Below are positions 49,759-59,515 of a stretch of 64,000 bases of DNA, piece by piece; position 1 is the stretch's first letter, and each line of letters starts with the position of its first letter. The translations under genes were made by a program, and so were the position numbers. The notes under the pieces are model-generated. The model was not told the origin of the DNA, ran no database searches, and saw only the letters and a list, made by a program, of their open reading frames with translations. The DNA is from a virus (lineage: Duplodnaviria; Caudoviricetes), in IMG/VR virus record IMGVR_UViG_3300028805_000109, positions 2,478-66,477 of that record; one strand, 5' to 3'.

Positions 49759-49941
49759 TTATTCAAGTGTATCATCAATCCAATCATTAAACTCTGTCAG
49801 CTCGTTAGCGGTCATATAAGCCTCAATATGAATCATGTCACCGACTTGGCTAGGCTCGTATTTGATACCCTTGGTTTTAAGATACATCTTTACTGCACTT
49901 GCATCTGCCTTGCTGAATTCTCCATTAACCCATGTTCTCAT
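49759..49941 (-). CDS. Early hypothetical protein, 60 aa
   Basis: Own promoter, AGGAGG RBS and terminator. Confidence 0.75.
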   Translation of the reverse strand: MRTWVNGEFSKADASAVKMYLKTKGIKYEPSQVGDMIHIEAYMTANELTEFNDWIDDTLE

Positions 49942-50040
49942 TTTTCTAATCCTCCTAAATGTTTGTTGTTTGTGGTATTTCTTTTGAACTGATTACATGA
50001 TAGCATGGTTTTTATTTTATGTCAATAGGTTTTAAAAAAT

Positions 50041-50230
50041 AATTTTAGATTTTAATTTTAGATTCTGATTTTAGATTTTAATTCTAATTTTAAAATCTAA
50101 TTTTAATTTTAAAATCTAAATTATAAAACATATATTTAAATCTAATTTTAAAATCTAATTTTAAAATTTAAAATTATAATTAGAATCAAAAATCAATTTT
50201 GATTTTAGATTTTAGAATCTGATTCTAAAT
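50041..50230. repeat. Low-complexity tract with 6-bp period (TTTTAG/ATTCTG/AAAATC units)
   Basis: Read directly; related tracts at 59521-59721 and 63903-64000. Confidence 0.7.
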
Positions 50231-50365
50231 GTATTTATATTTCTTTGAATTTTGACCTTTAAGACGGTTTTAATTATTCACTAAGGGATTTTATTATCTA
50301 AATTAAAATAACACGCCTGCTGCCTAAAAACGAAATAAATATATAGATTTAAATATAGAATCATA

Positions 50366-50586
50366 TAAAGAAATAAAGCGTACCGAATCAAAGTCGATAC
50401 GCTCTATTTCTATTTCATAGGAGGTGAAGGGTGTCGCAAGTTGTTGTCACGCCCTCTACAAATATAAGTATAAATACTTGAATGAGATTACATAAGGATT
50501 CAATATTTATTCAAAAGAGGTTTATCACATTATCAGAAAGGGATGGATTGTATAACCTCATTCAAGTATATCGTTAACAATGTTCT
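50366..50586 (-). ncRNA. Probable ~220-nt small RNA with anti-SD motifs
   Basis: Tandem promoters (TTGACA-17-TAATAT with extended TG; TTGACT-17-TAATAT); a 13-bp perfect stem; CACCUCCU and CCCUUUCU tracts; an intrinsic terminator; no RBS-led ORF. Confidence 0.55.
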
Positions 50587-50883
50587 ATAATTATATTATC
50601 ATAGTTTGTTTATGTTGTCAACTATGATTTTTCATTTAGTTCTTAAACAACTAAATAACTAACTATATGATTATATTATAATAACTAACTATAAAAGTCA
50701 AGTACTATTTTAATCATCAGCTATATATTATATATATCATATTGCCCCAAAATATTCAAGTCCTTTATAAGCCAATTTTAAACGAGAATGTCAAATAGAA
50801 AAAATAAAATAGTTTTCAAAACTTTAACGTGATAAAGCGATATATTTAAATATATAGTTCATCAAATAAAAAAAGGAAGTGGA

Positions 50884-51168
50884 TTACTCCACTCCCTTTA
50901 CATATATAAGCTGTGGCTTTATTTCGCCGCACTCTTCATGCCAAATACAAACACGATAAGCAGTTACTTTAGTTTCATTTTGTCTGTATGCTTCTAAGTC
51001 GGCTATGTTACTAAAGAATCCTTTAGGACTAGACCAATAACGGCGATTAGTAACTTTATCGAATATTAGCGACTCTTCAAAATAATAAGGACGCTCTGTA
51101 GCACTATTGAACGACATATCATACTCTTTTAAACATCTCTTGATTCTAGCAACTCTTTCAGCTTTCAT
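50884..51168 (-). CDS. Early cassette hypothetical protein
   Basis: Own promoter, GAGG RBS and terminator. Confidence 0.72.
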   Translation of the reverse strand: MKAERVARIKRCLKEYDMSFNSATERPYYFEESLIFDKVTNRRYWSSPKGFFSNIADLEAYRQNETKVTAYRVCIWHEECGEIKPQLIYVKGVE

Positions 51169-51299
51169 AATTAACACCTCTCTTGAATTGATTTATCTTA
51201 TATAATTATAATACACCTATTATATTTATTTGTCAATACTTTTTTTAAAAATATTTATAGGATATATATTTAAATATATAATCTAAAAAGAGGGTTTGT

Positions 51300-51590
51300 T
51301 CAACCCTCTGTTGTAAATCCGCTGTATTGCAATTTAACAATCTTATCATCATAGATTATATCTGTCTGATTGTCATACATTAAGCAATCAACTACATCAC
51401 CAACGCCTAAGTCCTCAATGCCTACATATTCCCATCCGTTGCCGTTTGAGTCAGTAAGATATAATATATCATATTCTCTGTCTACCTCATAGACTAACAT
51501 TGATTTAGCATACAGATTATCAATATCACAAGTATTGATATTAGCTGTATCAATTAACATCATAACGCCTAATAAAATTCCTCTAATCAT
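51300..51590 (-). CDS. Early cassette protein with an N-terminal signal/TM segment
   Basis: MIRGILLGVMMLI; GGAGG RBS. Confidence 0.72.
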   Translation of the reverse strand: MIRGILLGVMMLIDTANINTCDIDNLYAKSMLVYEVDREYDILYLTDSNGNGWEYVGIEDLGVGDVVDCLMYDNQTDIIYDDKIVKLQYSGFTTEG

Positions 51591-51754
51591 ATAAATAACC
51601 TCCATTTGTTTTGATAAGACAATTGTAATACTATTAGATTATATTGTCAATATGTTTTTTAAAAGTTTATAAAATAATTTTAAGACAATATATTTAATTA
51701 TATCTCTAACATATATTTAATTATATCTCTAAATAATAAAGAGTAGGTTTTACC

Positions 51755-51964
51755 CTACTCTATTCCATAAATATATTTTAGGTGCTTATCTAATCTGTCC
51801 TCATCTGATTCATTAAGACACTCAATAAACCAACCTAAATCCTCATGTATAATCTTCATTGGTATGCGCTCTTCATTGGCGATGTCGCAATTAGCGTTTA
51901 CCATATCAATAATTTCACTAACAGTTTTCCAACTATAATCACCTACTGCAAATTGTTTACTCAT
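51755..51964 (-). CDS. Early cassette hypothetical protein
   Basis: GGGAGG RBS; second gene of a two-gene unit. Confidence 0.7.
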   Translation of the reverse strand: MSKQFAVGDYSWKTVSEIIDMVNANCDIANEERIPMKIIHEDLGWFIECLNESDEDRLDKHLKYIYGIE

Positions 51965-52175
51965 TGTCATCCTCCCATTCATAACTAAAGAAATCTTCTA
52001 ACTCTTCAATAGCGTTGTTAATATCTGCTTCATGCATTTCACTTGTTAACTCATAAAGAAATTCAAGTGCGATTCGTTCAAGCTCTTCTTTACTCATGTT
52101 CTGGTAATTGTTAGCAAGATAGTCATAACCTTTATCCTTCTTTAATGCTTCGATAAAACCTTTAATAGTATTCAT
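51957..52175 (-). CDS. Early cassette acidic helical protein
   Basis: GGAGG RBS and own promoter. Confidence 0.72.
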   Translation of the reverse strand: MNTIKGFIEALKKDKGYDYLANNYQNMSKEELERIALEFLYELTSEMHEADINNAIEELEDFFSYEWEDDNE

Positions 52176-52407
52176 AATAAAACCTCCATATGATAGTTAA
52201 TAAGTAGCTCTGTATATACATTATCATAGTTATAAGTATATGTCAACAAAAACTTTTAAAATAATTGTTTAAAGTTTTTTAATTAAGTTAGATTATTTTA
52301 GATTATATATATTTAATTATATCTATACTATATATTTAAATATACCTTCTTGCTCAAATAAAAAGTGGTTTTCTGTTGCCACGTTTACCACTAACGCCGA
52401 ATCTCAT

Positions 52408-52746
52408 TCAGATTAAACCTGCTTCATGACAAGCTCTGTAGTTAGAACTATATTCTAATCTACTTGTGCGCTCATCCTTGCCGTTTGCAAGAACTACAGT
52501 CCATTGTGGTTTATCCATGTAAGATGATTCAAACTCACATTTAACAGATTCAACAAGGAACTGTTTGAATAAGTTTTCATCTGCCATAGCATCAAGCCAA
52601 TTCATAACTCGATGATTACCACAACCATCTTGCATACGTATAGGATTGTCCGTTTCTCCAATACCGTACACTGTATATGATGATAACAGAACCTTTACAT
52701 TGGCAGTTGTATGAAGGTCGCCTAGAACGTTTTCAAGAAATAACAT
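52408..52746 (-). CDS. Early cassette hypothetical protein
   Basis: AGGAGG RBS and own promoter. Confidence 0.72.
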   Translation of the reverse strand: MLFLENVLGDLHTTANVKVLLSSYTVYGIGETDNPIRMQDGCGNHRVMNWLDAMADENLFKQFLVESVKCEFESSYMDKPQWTVVLANGKDERTSRLEYSSNYRACHEAGLI

Positions 52747-52871
52747 GATTAAATCCTCCTATGTATTAAGTTTTCAATGTGATATGTAAGACGTAACCGC
52801 CTTACAAGTATTATATTACTACTAAATCATTTTAATGTCAACAACTTTTTTAAAAATAATTATAAAATTAA

Positions 52872-52960
52872 AAATCTGTGATTTTGGCGATTTAAGCGCA
52901 TTTTATTCGTTTATGGTAAATTGTACTATAAATCAACTTCATACGCCTAAAACGTCAAAT
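52872..52960. repeat. Dispersed hairpin element, copy C
   Basis: TTTTGGCGATTTAAGCGC...ATGGTAAATTGT...CGCCTAAAACGTCAAAT. Confidence 0.7.
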
Positions 52961-53116
52961 AAACAATAAAATCGAGTATGTTTTACTTTATACTTATTGA
53001 TACAAGATGTAAACTGATACGATGACGATATATTTAAATATACACCATAAGATATAATTAAATATATATCACCATGCAAAAAATGAGATAGAGAAATAAT
53101 CTCTATCTCATCTGTA

Positions 53117-53749
53117 TCACACTGCTAATCTATCTGCAACTTCATACTCAATAAAGTCTTTATATATCTCAACTTGATTATTCTTAAAGTTATCTATGAG
53201 ATTATATACAGTGATAATATCAGCTAACGCATCCTCTATTTCAGAGTATATACATTTAGTGATAAACAACATTTCTTCTACTTCGGTTTCACTTATATTA
53301 TTCTCATCTTCAAAACGTATCATATAGGTTTCAATATCAGCAACATATTTAAACTGTAAACTACTTTCACCTAAAGCGCAAGAAAAATCTTGTAATACGT
53401 CCATATATGTTGTATCATCGTGTAAAATACCTAAATAAAAACTGCTAGTACGTCCAACATTATCACGCAACTTGTTAAAATCTATTCCTTCCTCACTGCA
53501 ATCATCTAAAAACTGTTGATACTGTACATCGCAAAATGTACTAAAAAATGTTTCATACACATTATTAACAGTGATTTTGATACCATTCTTTTCAATCTCT
53601 ATATTATCGACTGCGGCACAATTATGTAACTTTAAATCCATGTATTCATTCCATTTATCCTCATTGTCTTTCAATAATGTTATAGTTCTTGCAATTTCCT
53701 TTTCGCATAACTCTTTTGCTAATTTTACGATATCATCTGTGCTTTTCAT
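53117..53749 (-). CDS. Early cassette acidic protein, 210 aa
   Basis: GGAGG RBS, own promoter and terminator. Confidence 0.75.
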   Translation of the reverse strand: MKSTDDIVKLAKELCEKEIARTITLLKDNEDKWNEYMDLKLHNCAAVDNIEIEKNGIKITVNNVYETFFSTFCDVQYQQFLDDCSEEGIDFNKLRDNVGRTSSFYLGILHDDTTYMDVLQDFSCALGESSLQFKYVADIETYMIRFEDENNISETEVEEMLFITKCIYSEIEDALADIITVYNLIDNFKNNQVEIYKDFIEYEVADRLAV

Positions 53750-53911
53750 ATTATCTACCTCCAAAGTGAATAAATATTGTTTACATTATCTATTATAATC
53801 ATTTATAAACATTTGTCAATAGGGTAAAATAAAAAAAGTTATAGACTAATATATTTAAATATAATAATCAACAAAAAAAGAAAAGCGGCGATTAAACCGC
53901 TTTTCTAAATC

Positions 53912-54190
53912 TCAATTAGAAAATGAAATTGCACCTTTGATTTTGATGTATTTATTCCATTTTTCTTTATCTATATATTTACGATTGATTACAAGAGTAT
54001 CAAACACTTCATTAAACCTTGCAAATGACTTGTTGTCTTTACGGTCTTTATAAAACGTATTGCCGTTCATAAAGATAACCTTAAAGCTAGTTGGAACGAT
54101 TACCGATTCAATCATATCACAAGCAAAATTAAAAGATAAACCATGCACAAGCACTCTATCGTGTTTGTATTCAACTTCAATATTTAACAT
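53912..54190 (-). CDS. Early cassette basic protein
   Basis: AGGAGG RBS, own promoter and terminator. Confidence 0.72.
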   Translation of the reverse strand: MLNIEVEYKHDRVLVHGLSFNFACDMIESVIVPTSFKVIFMNGNTFYKDRKDNKSFARFNEVFDTLVINRKYIDKEKWNKYIKIKGAISFSN

Positions 54191-54376
54191 ATTGAAACCC
54201 TCCTATTAAGTTGTATTGTTTGGAACTAAGTATATATTAACAAATATAAGTTATATTGTCAATAGGTAAATTGAAAATATTTTTATAAAGATATATTAAA
54301 ATATATAGTAGGTTATATTTAAATATATATGCATAATAAAATAAAATAGGGATAGATTGACTATCCCTATTTAAGA

Positions 54377-54922
54377 TTACTCTTCAATATCTAAGTATTC
54401 TTTTAATCCGTAATTATTGATAAAATCTTCAAGCTGATTCTGTGCGTCTTTCATGCCCTCTTCGTCATCCTCTTCAATGTCTGCAAAAAGCTCTTCAAGG
54501 TCATCGAGTTCTGTGCTTGCACAATCTTCATTGTCAAAAATAACCTCTAAATCCTCATTATCAACTTGATTGATATTATCTTTAATCTGCTCTGTGATTT
54601 CAGATGCACCAAGTAAAGAAACATAATCACGGCTGTCAGTGGAACTAATACCATAGATACCATACTGAAAATAATCATCGTCTAAATCAAAGTCACTCGC
54701 GAACATATCAAGAACTTCAAGAACTGACTTACCTTCAATGCTGACAAGCTCATCAATTTCATCCATAGGATAATATCTATCATCACCCAAAAATCCATTG
54801 TAGCTGTCAATCTGTTCGCAAACGTCAGCAACTTCATCCTCATCACCATTTACGAATTTTCCCAATTCATAGTCGAACTTGTCCTCAATTGCTCTACTTA
54901 AAGCGTCATAATCAAATAACAT
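54377..54922 (-). CDS. Highly acidic early protein; candidate DNA mimic (anti-restriction-like)
   Basis: About 58 D/E versus 9 K/R in 181 aa (hand count); YYPMDEIDEL and DDDYFQYG patterns. Confidence 0.6.
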   Translation of the reverse strand: MLFDYDALSRAIEDKFDYELGKFVNGDEDEVADVCEQIDSYNGFLGDDRYYPMDEIDELVSIEGKSVLEVLDMFASDFDLDDDYFQYGIYGISSTDSRDYVSLLGASEITEQIKDNINQVDNEDLEVIFDNEDCASTELDDLEELFADIEEDDEEGMKDAQNQLEDFINNYGLKEYLDIEE

Positions 54923-55107
54923 AATATTTACCTCCTAGGTTTAAAAGATTTATTTATCTTACATATATTATATTACTCTTGTTTATATCATTTGTCAACA
55001 CTTTTATTCAAAATATTTTTATTTAATTTTATTCTTATATATTTAAATATATCTATATATAATAAAAAAAATCAGAGAACGATTGTTAGTGTTCTCTGAT
55101 TTATCTT

Positions 55108-55377
55108 TTAGAACTGTGAAACATCAATGCCTATCTTTTTAGCATCCATACCAACCATATCATCGCAAATATGTGGCATTGTGTCTTTTCTGCCTTCATA
55201 GTAGGCATATATTAGATTATCCTTACCAACAACCACGTAATCTCTAGTAGCTGATAGCTTCATTCCTGCCATTCTTAGCATTGGTACGTTACCTTCAAGA
55301 GTCTGAATGACCTTGCCGCTCTTACGATTAAAAGTAAAACCATAACCATTTACACCTACACCACTTAATTTACTCAT
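55108..55377 (-). CDS. Early cassette hypothetical protein
   Basis: AGGAGG RBS, own promoter and terminator. Confidence 0.72.
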   Translation of the reverse strand: MSKLSGVGVNGYGFTFNRKSGKVIQTLEGNVPMLRMAGMKLSATRDYVVVGKDNLIYAYYEGRKDTMPHICDDMVGMDAKKIGIDVSQF

Positions 55378-55544
55378 TGTTAAATCCTCCTAGAATTTAT
55401 TATTGATTTACCTTACATATATTATTATAGCACTTTGATTTCATTTGTCAACTATTTTTTTTAAAAAATATTTTAGACATATATTTAAATCTATTCTATA
55501 CTCAAACAAAAAGACCGATAAAAATCTATCGGTCTTTCGTTAAC

Positions 55545-55958
55545 TCAATTAATCTCTCTCAGCTCATCAAGGCAATCGTCAAACATACGTCTAACATTGT
55601 ACCATTCTTTCACACAAGCGTTATATAGCTTCTTGTTTGCTCTGTTGATTCTGCCATAATCATCGGTCATAGGATAACCAAACTCACAACAAAAATCTTC
55701 AAAATCTCCGATTTCGTACTTTTCAAGACAAGCAAGTATGTCATAGTTTGTAGGTTGTAGACCATACACTTTATTATGAAAACTATCTGAAAAATCAAAA
55801 CTATACTGTCTTAATTTACCATTTACAATACGCTTAATTTTAACTCTATAACCTAGACCATCTGTAATTGGTGGCTTGTGGTTCTCTCCTTGTTTAATGA
55901 TGATTGAAACTCCATGCTTAGTGCAAAAATCATCTGCCATCTGTGTGTATTCTGACAT
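55545..55958 (-). CDS. Early cassette protein (PTxYDILACL...FEDFCxEFGY phage family)
   Basis: Recognisable conserved phage early-gene motif; function unknown. Confidence 0.78.
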   Translation of the reverse strand: MSEYTQMADDFCTKHGVSIIIKQGENHKPPITDGLGYRVKIKRIVNGKLRQYSFDFSDSFHNKVYGLQPTNYDILACLEKYEIGDFEDFCCEFGYPMTDDYGRINRANKKLYNACVKEWYNVRRMFDDCLDELREIN

Positions 55959-56150
55959 AATTACGTCCTCCTTAATAAAAAGTTATTATTTAATTCTCTT
56001 TTATTATATATGATAAATAATTTAATGTCAAGAATTATTTTGAAAAATTTTAGTACGATAAATTGGATATATTAAAATATATCTTAGCTTATATATTTAA
56101 ATATATGATTACTGATAAAATAAAAAGGGATATTTCTATCCCTTTTATAT

Positions 56151-56675
56151 TTATTCTAATATGTGATTAAATACATCTCTTACATTACAATTGATAGGAA
56201 GTATAGCCACTCCACTTATCAGTTTATCATTAGCATCAAAATCAGCGTGTATCATAGGCACTTTAATCTGTTCGCTAGTAGTGTTTACTGTCATACCATA
56301 AACAAGATAATCAGCGTGTATAGTATCACGTACTACATCTAAAAATTTTTCGTTGAATACTCCAAGAGAATCACTAGCCTTAAAGACTCTTGTTAACTTA
56401 TCACCACAATATATAGCGGCGTTAGTCATTTCACACTGTACACCTATACCGTCCTTATTATCATAAAAGATTTTTCTTAATGCATCATTCTGTGATAGTT
56501 CATTCTTTTTAAATACAGCGTCAACACCTTCAACTAGTTCCTGCCATTCTGCATATGGTACACTGATAATAAAATGACTTTCAGATACAAGCACTACACT
56601 GTCAAGTGTATCAAAGTATATTCTCTTTTCCATTTTAGCCATTGCTTTTAAAGCTCTTTTGTAATTTGTTTTCAT
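56151..56675 (-). CDS. Early cassette hypothetical protein
   Basis: GGAGG RBS, own promoter and terminator. Confidence 0.75.
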   Translation of the reverse strand: MKTNYKRALKAMAKMEKRIYFDTLDSVVLVSESHFIISVPYAEWQELVEGVDAVFKKNELSQNDALRKIFYDNKDGIGVQCEMTNAAIYCGDKLTRVFKASDSLGVFNEKFLDVVRDTIHADYLVYGMTVNTTSEQIKVPMIHADFDANDKLISGVAILPINCNVRDVFNHILE

Positions 56676-56817
56676 ATTGAAATCCTCCATAAAATTAAGA
56701 TATATTTAACTTACAAGTATATATTAGCATAATGATATATGATTGTCAACTAGTATTTTAAAAATATTTTTATAGATATATATTTAAATATATGTTTATA
56801 GTATAAAGAATAGCGGC

Positions 56818-57018
56818 TCAATTGTCGCTATTCTTTAAATTCTCTAAGTGTTTTCTTGCTGGTTCGCAATTTTTCCATCTTTTAGCCAATGAATAATCCG
56901 CTGTAAAATCATAACTACCATCTTTATGAACTGTACGCACGTATAATTTTTTATCATTATTGTCATCAGCCACACAAACAGCATAACCCCATGCACTACA
57001 ACTTAAATAATAAAGCAT
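56818..57018 (-). CDS. Early cassette hypothetical protein
   Basis: AGGAG RBS, own promoter and terminator. Confidence 0.7.
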   Translation of the reverse strand: MLYYLSCSAWGYAVCVADDNNDKKLYVRTVHKDGSYDFTADYSLAKRWKNCEPARKHLENLKNSDN

Positions 57019-57169
57019 TGTTTTAATCTCCTATGAATAATATATTATTGATACTATAATTATAATATACCATATTGATACAATTGTCAAGTATAAATTT
57101 TAAAATGATATATTTAAATATATCATTAAAAGATAAAAAAACAGAGCCTTTACGACTCCGTTTTTATTA

Positions 57170-57394
57170 TTATCTCACATCATAGATGTTAGTATATTTA
57201 TAGATACTATAACCGTTTAAATCGGCTATCTCTTCCTTTTCTACTCTATAGGATAATAGAGTTAACATCCTTGTGAAACCTTCGATTTTACCTTCATGGT
57301 ACTGAACCATTGCATTGTTGTTTTCTTCAACGGCTCTTTTTAATCTAAGTTCCTCTCTGTTCATTTCTGATAAAATTTTCTGTTCTCTTGTCAT
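57170..57394 (-). CDS. Early cassette coiled-coil protein
   Basis: AGGAGG RBS; TTGACA-17-TACTAT promoter. Confidence 0.72.
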   Translation of the reverse strand: MTREQKILSEMNREELRLKRAVEENNNAMVQYHEGKIEGFTRMLTLLSYRVEKEEIADLNGYSIYKYTNIYDVR

Positions 57395-57566
57395 GATTAA
57401 ATCCTCCTAAAATGTATTGAATTACCTTATGTATATATAGTATCATAATCTGAATAGTTTGTCAATATATTTTTTAAAATATTTTTTAGCATATATTTAA
57501 ATATATCACTCTATCATATATTTAAATATACCATCCTACAATAAAATAAGAGCGGATAAACCGCCC

Positions 57567-57716
57567 TTATTCTTTACGACATACAACAATTAACGTAATA
57601 ATGATAACACATATAAACGTACCAAAATATTTGATATATGGATTATTAGCCATAGGAAAAATGAACAACCAACACAATGCAAACGCCCCAATAAAGTAAT
57701 TAACAAAACTTTTCAT
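57567..57716 (-). CDS. Small two-TM protein, 49 aa (missing from the ORF track)
   Basis: MKSFVNYFIGAFALCWLFIFPMANNPYIKYFGTFICVIIITLIVVCRKE; TAATG coupling. Confidence 0.68.
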   Translation of the reverse strand: MKSFVNYFIGAFALCWLFIFPMANNPYIKYFGTFICVIIITLIVVCRKE

Positions 57717-58024
57717 TATCTGATTATCCTCCATCCGTTTACTTCTCCATCTTCAAGAGCTTTCATTATATCCTTTTTAGTAGATAAACAGCTCTTTAAT
57801 TCATATGGAAGATAGTCGGCTACAAACTGATTTCTGTATTTGCTTGTAGTTACTGAATAATCCCAATTGCTACCAATATATAAAGTTTTCTTATTTCTGT
57901 CAAGCTCCATAATTCTACTAGAGTAACTCTGAAATGTAACTTTGTTGTGTTCCTCATCATGAATAACAAACTGATTAGCGACTGCAACTCCTGTCCTAGG
58001 ACTGTAAAGATTTTCAACGTACAT
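57716..58024 (-). CDS. Early cassette protein (FQSYxS...WDYSxTTxKY phage family)
   Basis: Conserved phage early-gene motif; ~110-nt leader; function unknown. Confidence 0.78.
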   Translation of the reverse strand: MYVENLYSPRTGVAVANQFVIHDEEHNKVTFQSYSSRIMELDRNKKTLYIGSNWDYSVTTSKYRNQFVADYLPYELKSCLSTKKDIMKALEDGEVNGWRIIR

Positions 58025-58301
58025 AAATAACCTCTTTTCTACCTATTGCATATTGAATAGGATTTTATAATATTGTTATTGTTTATCAATAAAACAGTAG
58101 CGGCTAAAAGGCTCTTGTGAACTGCTGTCCTTATCGACAAGATAATGATATCAAATTATAGATAGATTGTCAACACCTTTTTTAAAAATATTTTTGTAAC
58201 CAATATGGATATAATATATTTAAATATATCCATATTGGTTATATTTAAATATATCATCTGCCTATAATAAAAACGGAGATGTTTGACCATCTCCGTTTAG
58301 T

Positions 58302-58643
58302 TTAGAACTTCTCGTAAAGGTGCTTGCGTTCTTCCCATGGTTTCTGTAAGTTATCCATGTAGAACCATGCCATTTCTACAATTCTATTAATATCGGATTC
58401 TTCAACTACCAACTCCCAATCTCTAGGACATAAGCTCTGCCAGCTTTCCTCCGTGTCGGTGTCTATAGTGATAAAAGCTGTATACTTCCAATCTTGCCCC
58501 ATATCGAAGTATGTAGTTTTAACTACAATTTCGTATTTAAAATTCTTGTTCTCAACGCACCACTGTTCACAAGCCTCTGTGAATACTCTCATAGCCATGA
58601 GATTGTTAAAATTCTCGATTGTTGTTAAAATTTTTGGTTGCAT
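58302..58643 (-). CDS. Early cassette hypothetical protein
   Basis: AGGAGG RBS; TTGACA-17-TATAGT promoter. Confidence 0.75.
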   Translation of the reverse strand: MQPKILTTIENFNNLMAMRVFTEACEQWCVENKNFKYEIVVKTTYFDMGQDWKYTAFITIDTDTEESWQSLCPRDWELVVEESDINRIVEMAWFYMDNLQKPWEERKHLYEKF

Positions 58644-58764
58644 AATGTTTCCTCCTATGAATTAGATATGATTTATTTGGAACATCTTAACTATATCAAA
58701 TTATTATATAGTTGTCAATAGGTTTTTTCAAAAATATTTTTTCTATAGAAGGATTGGAGTAAGA

Positions 58765-59150
58765 TGATATATTTAAATATATCATAAACACTTGTTCGGT
58801 CATATATTTAAATATATCACTTTACTACACTAACGCAGTGTAGTTTTACTACACTACTACACTAACGTATTATCACTTTAAAAAGTCGCCACGTTATCAC
58901 TTTACATTGTTAAAGTATTTGCAAAAACTTTAATTTGTGAAATTACGTATTTTTGCCGATTTTGGCTTTATAGCGAATCCGTAATTTTGGGGCGATGTGC
59001 ATATATGTAGTACAGATGGTGTCTATTATATTTAAATATATATATAATTAGTTAGTTAATTATTATTATGATATAGTTAAATATATTATATTATATATTA
59101 TTATTGTTATTATATATTATCATATAGCCATATATTATATTCCTTTAGGC
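58765..59150. repeat. Operator-dense module M2 (diverged direct copy of M1)
   Basis: CTTTA-N6-TAAAG at 58900 (variant at 58820); AAAC-N4-GTTCG; shared CGTAAWTTTGGGG, GTACAGMTGRTG, TAGTTAGTTAATTAT and TTCCTTTA blocks. Confidence 0.7.
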
Positions 59151-59191
59151 TGTTCTATCAAGCTATCGTTATCGCTTTAGGATTGCATATC

Positions 59192-59284
59192 TTAGGTTGA
59201 TTGTGTAGGTTGTACAATCAACCTAATCTCTATGCAATTGGAAAACAAAAACAACAACAGTATGGATATAAACAATAGAATCAT
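59192..59284 (-). CDS. Possible 30-aa hydrophobic peptide (or structured ncRNA)
   Basis: MILLFISILLLFLFSNCIEIRLIVQPTQST behind TTGACA-16-TATAAT; a long hairpin covers the 3' half; weak RBS. Confidence 0.35.
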   Translation of the reverse strand: MILLFISILLLFLFSNCIEIRLIVQPTQST

Positions 59285-59419
59285 TATATCATTATCCCAA
59301 CAGATATAATCCCTTTGTCTATGAGTCTATTATATCACATGAGAATTGGTTGTCAAGTACAAATTTTGATTATTTTTATTTGGGATTGTCAAGCGGTCAT
59401 TGAATGGATAACATAGTCA

Positions 59420-59515
59420 AATTTCTGCGATTTTGGCTGTTTAAGGCATGGTAAATAGGTTAATGGTAAATTGGTTAGGTAAATAGTTTTTAAGGGATTT
59501 AAGGGGATTTTAAAA
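59420..59515. repeat. Dispersed hairpin element, copy D (degenerate)
   Basis: ATTTCTGCGATTTTGG (reverse complement of the A/B tail) and ATGGTAAATTGG. Confidence 0.6.

Noticed and set aside
49424-59039. CRISPR array
   Set aside because: The repeat is only 12 bp, spacing is hundreds of bp and contains whole genes, and no cas genes are present.
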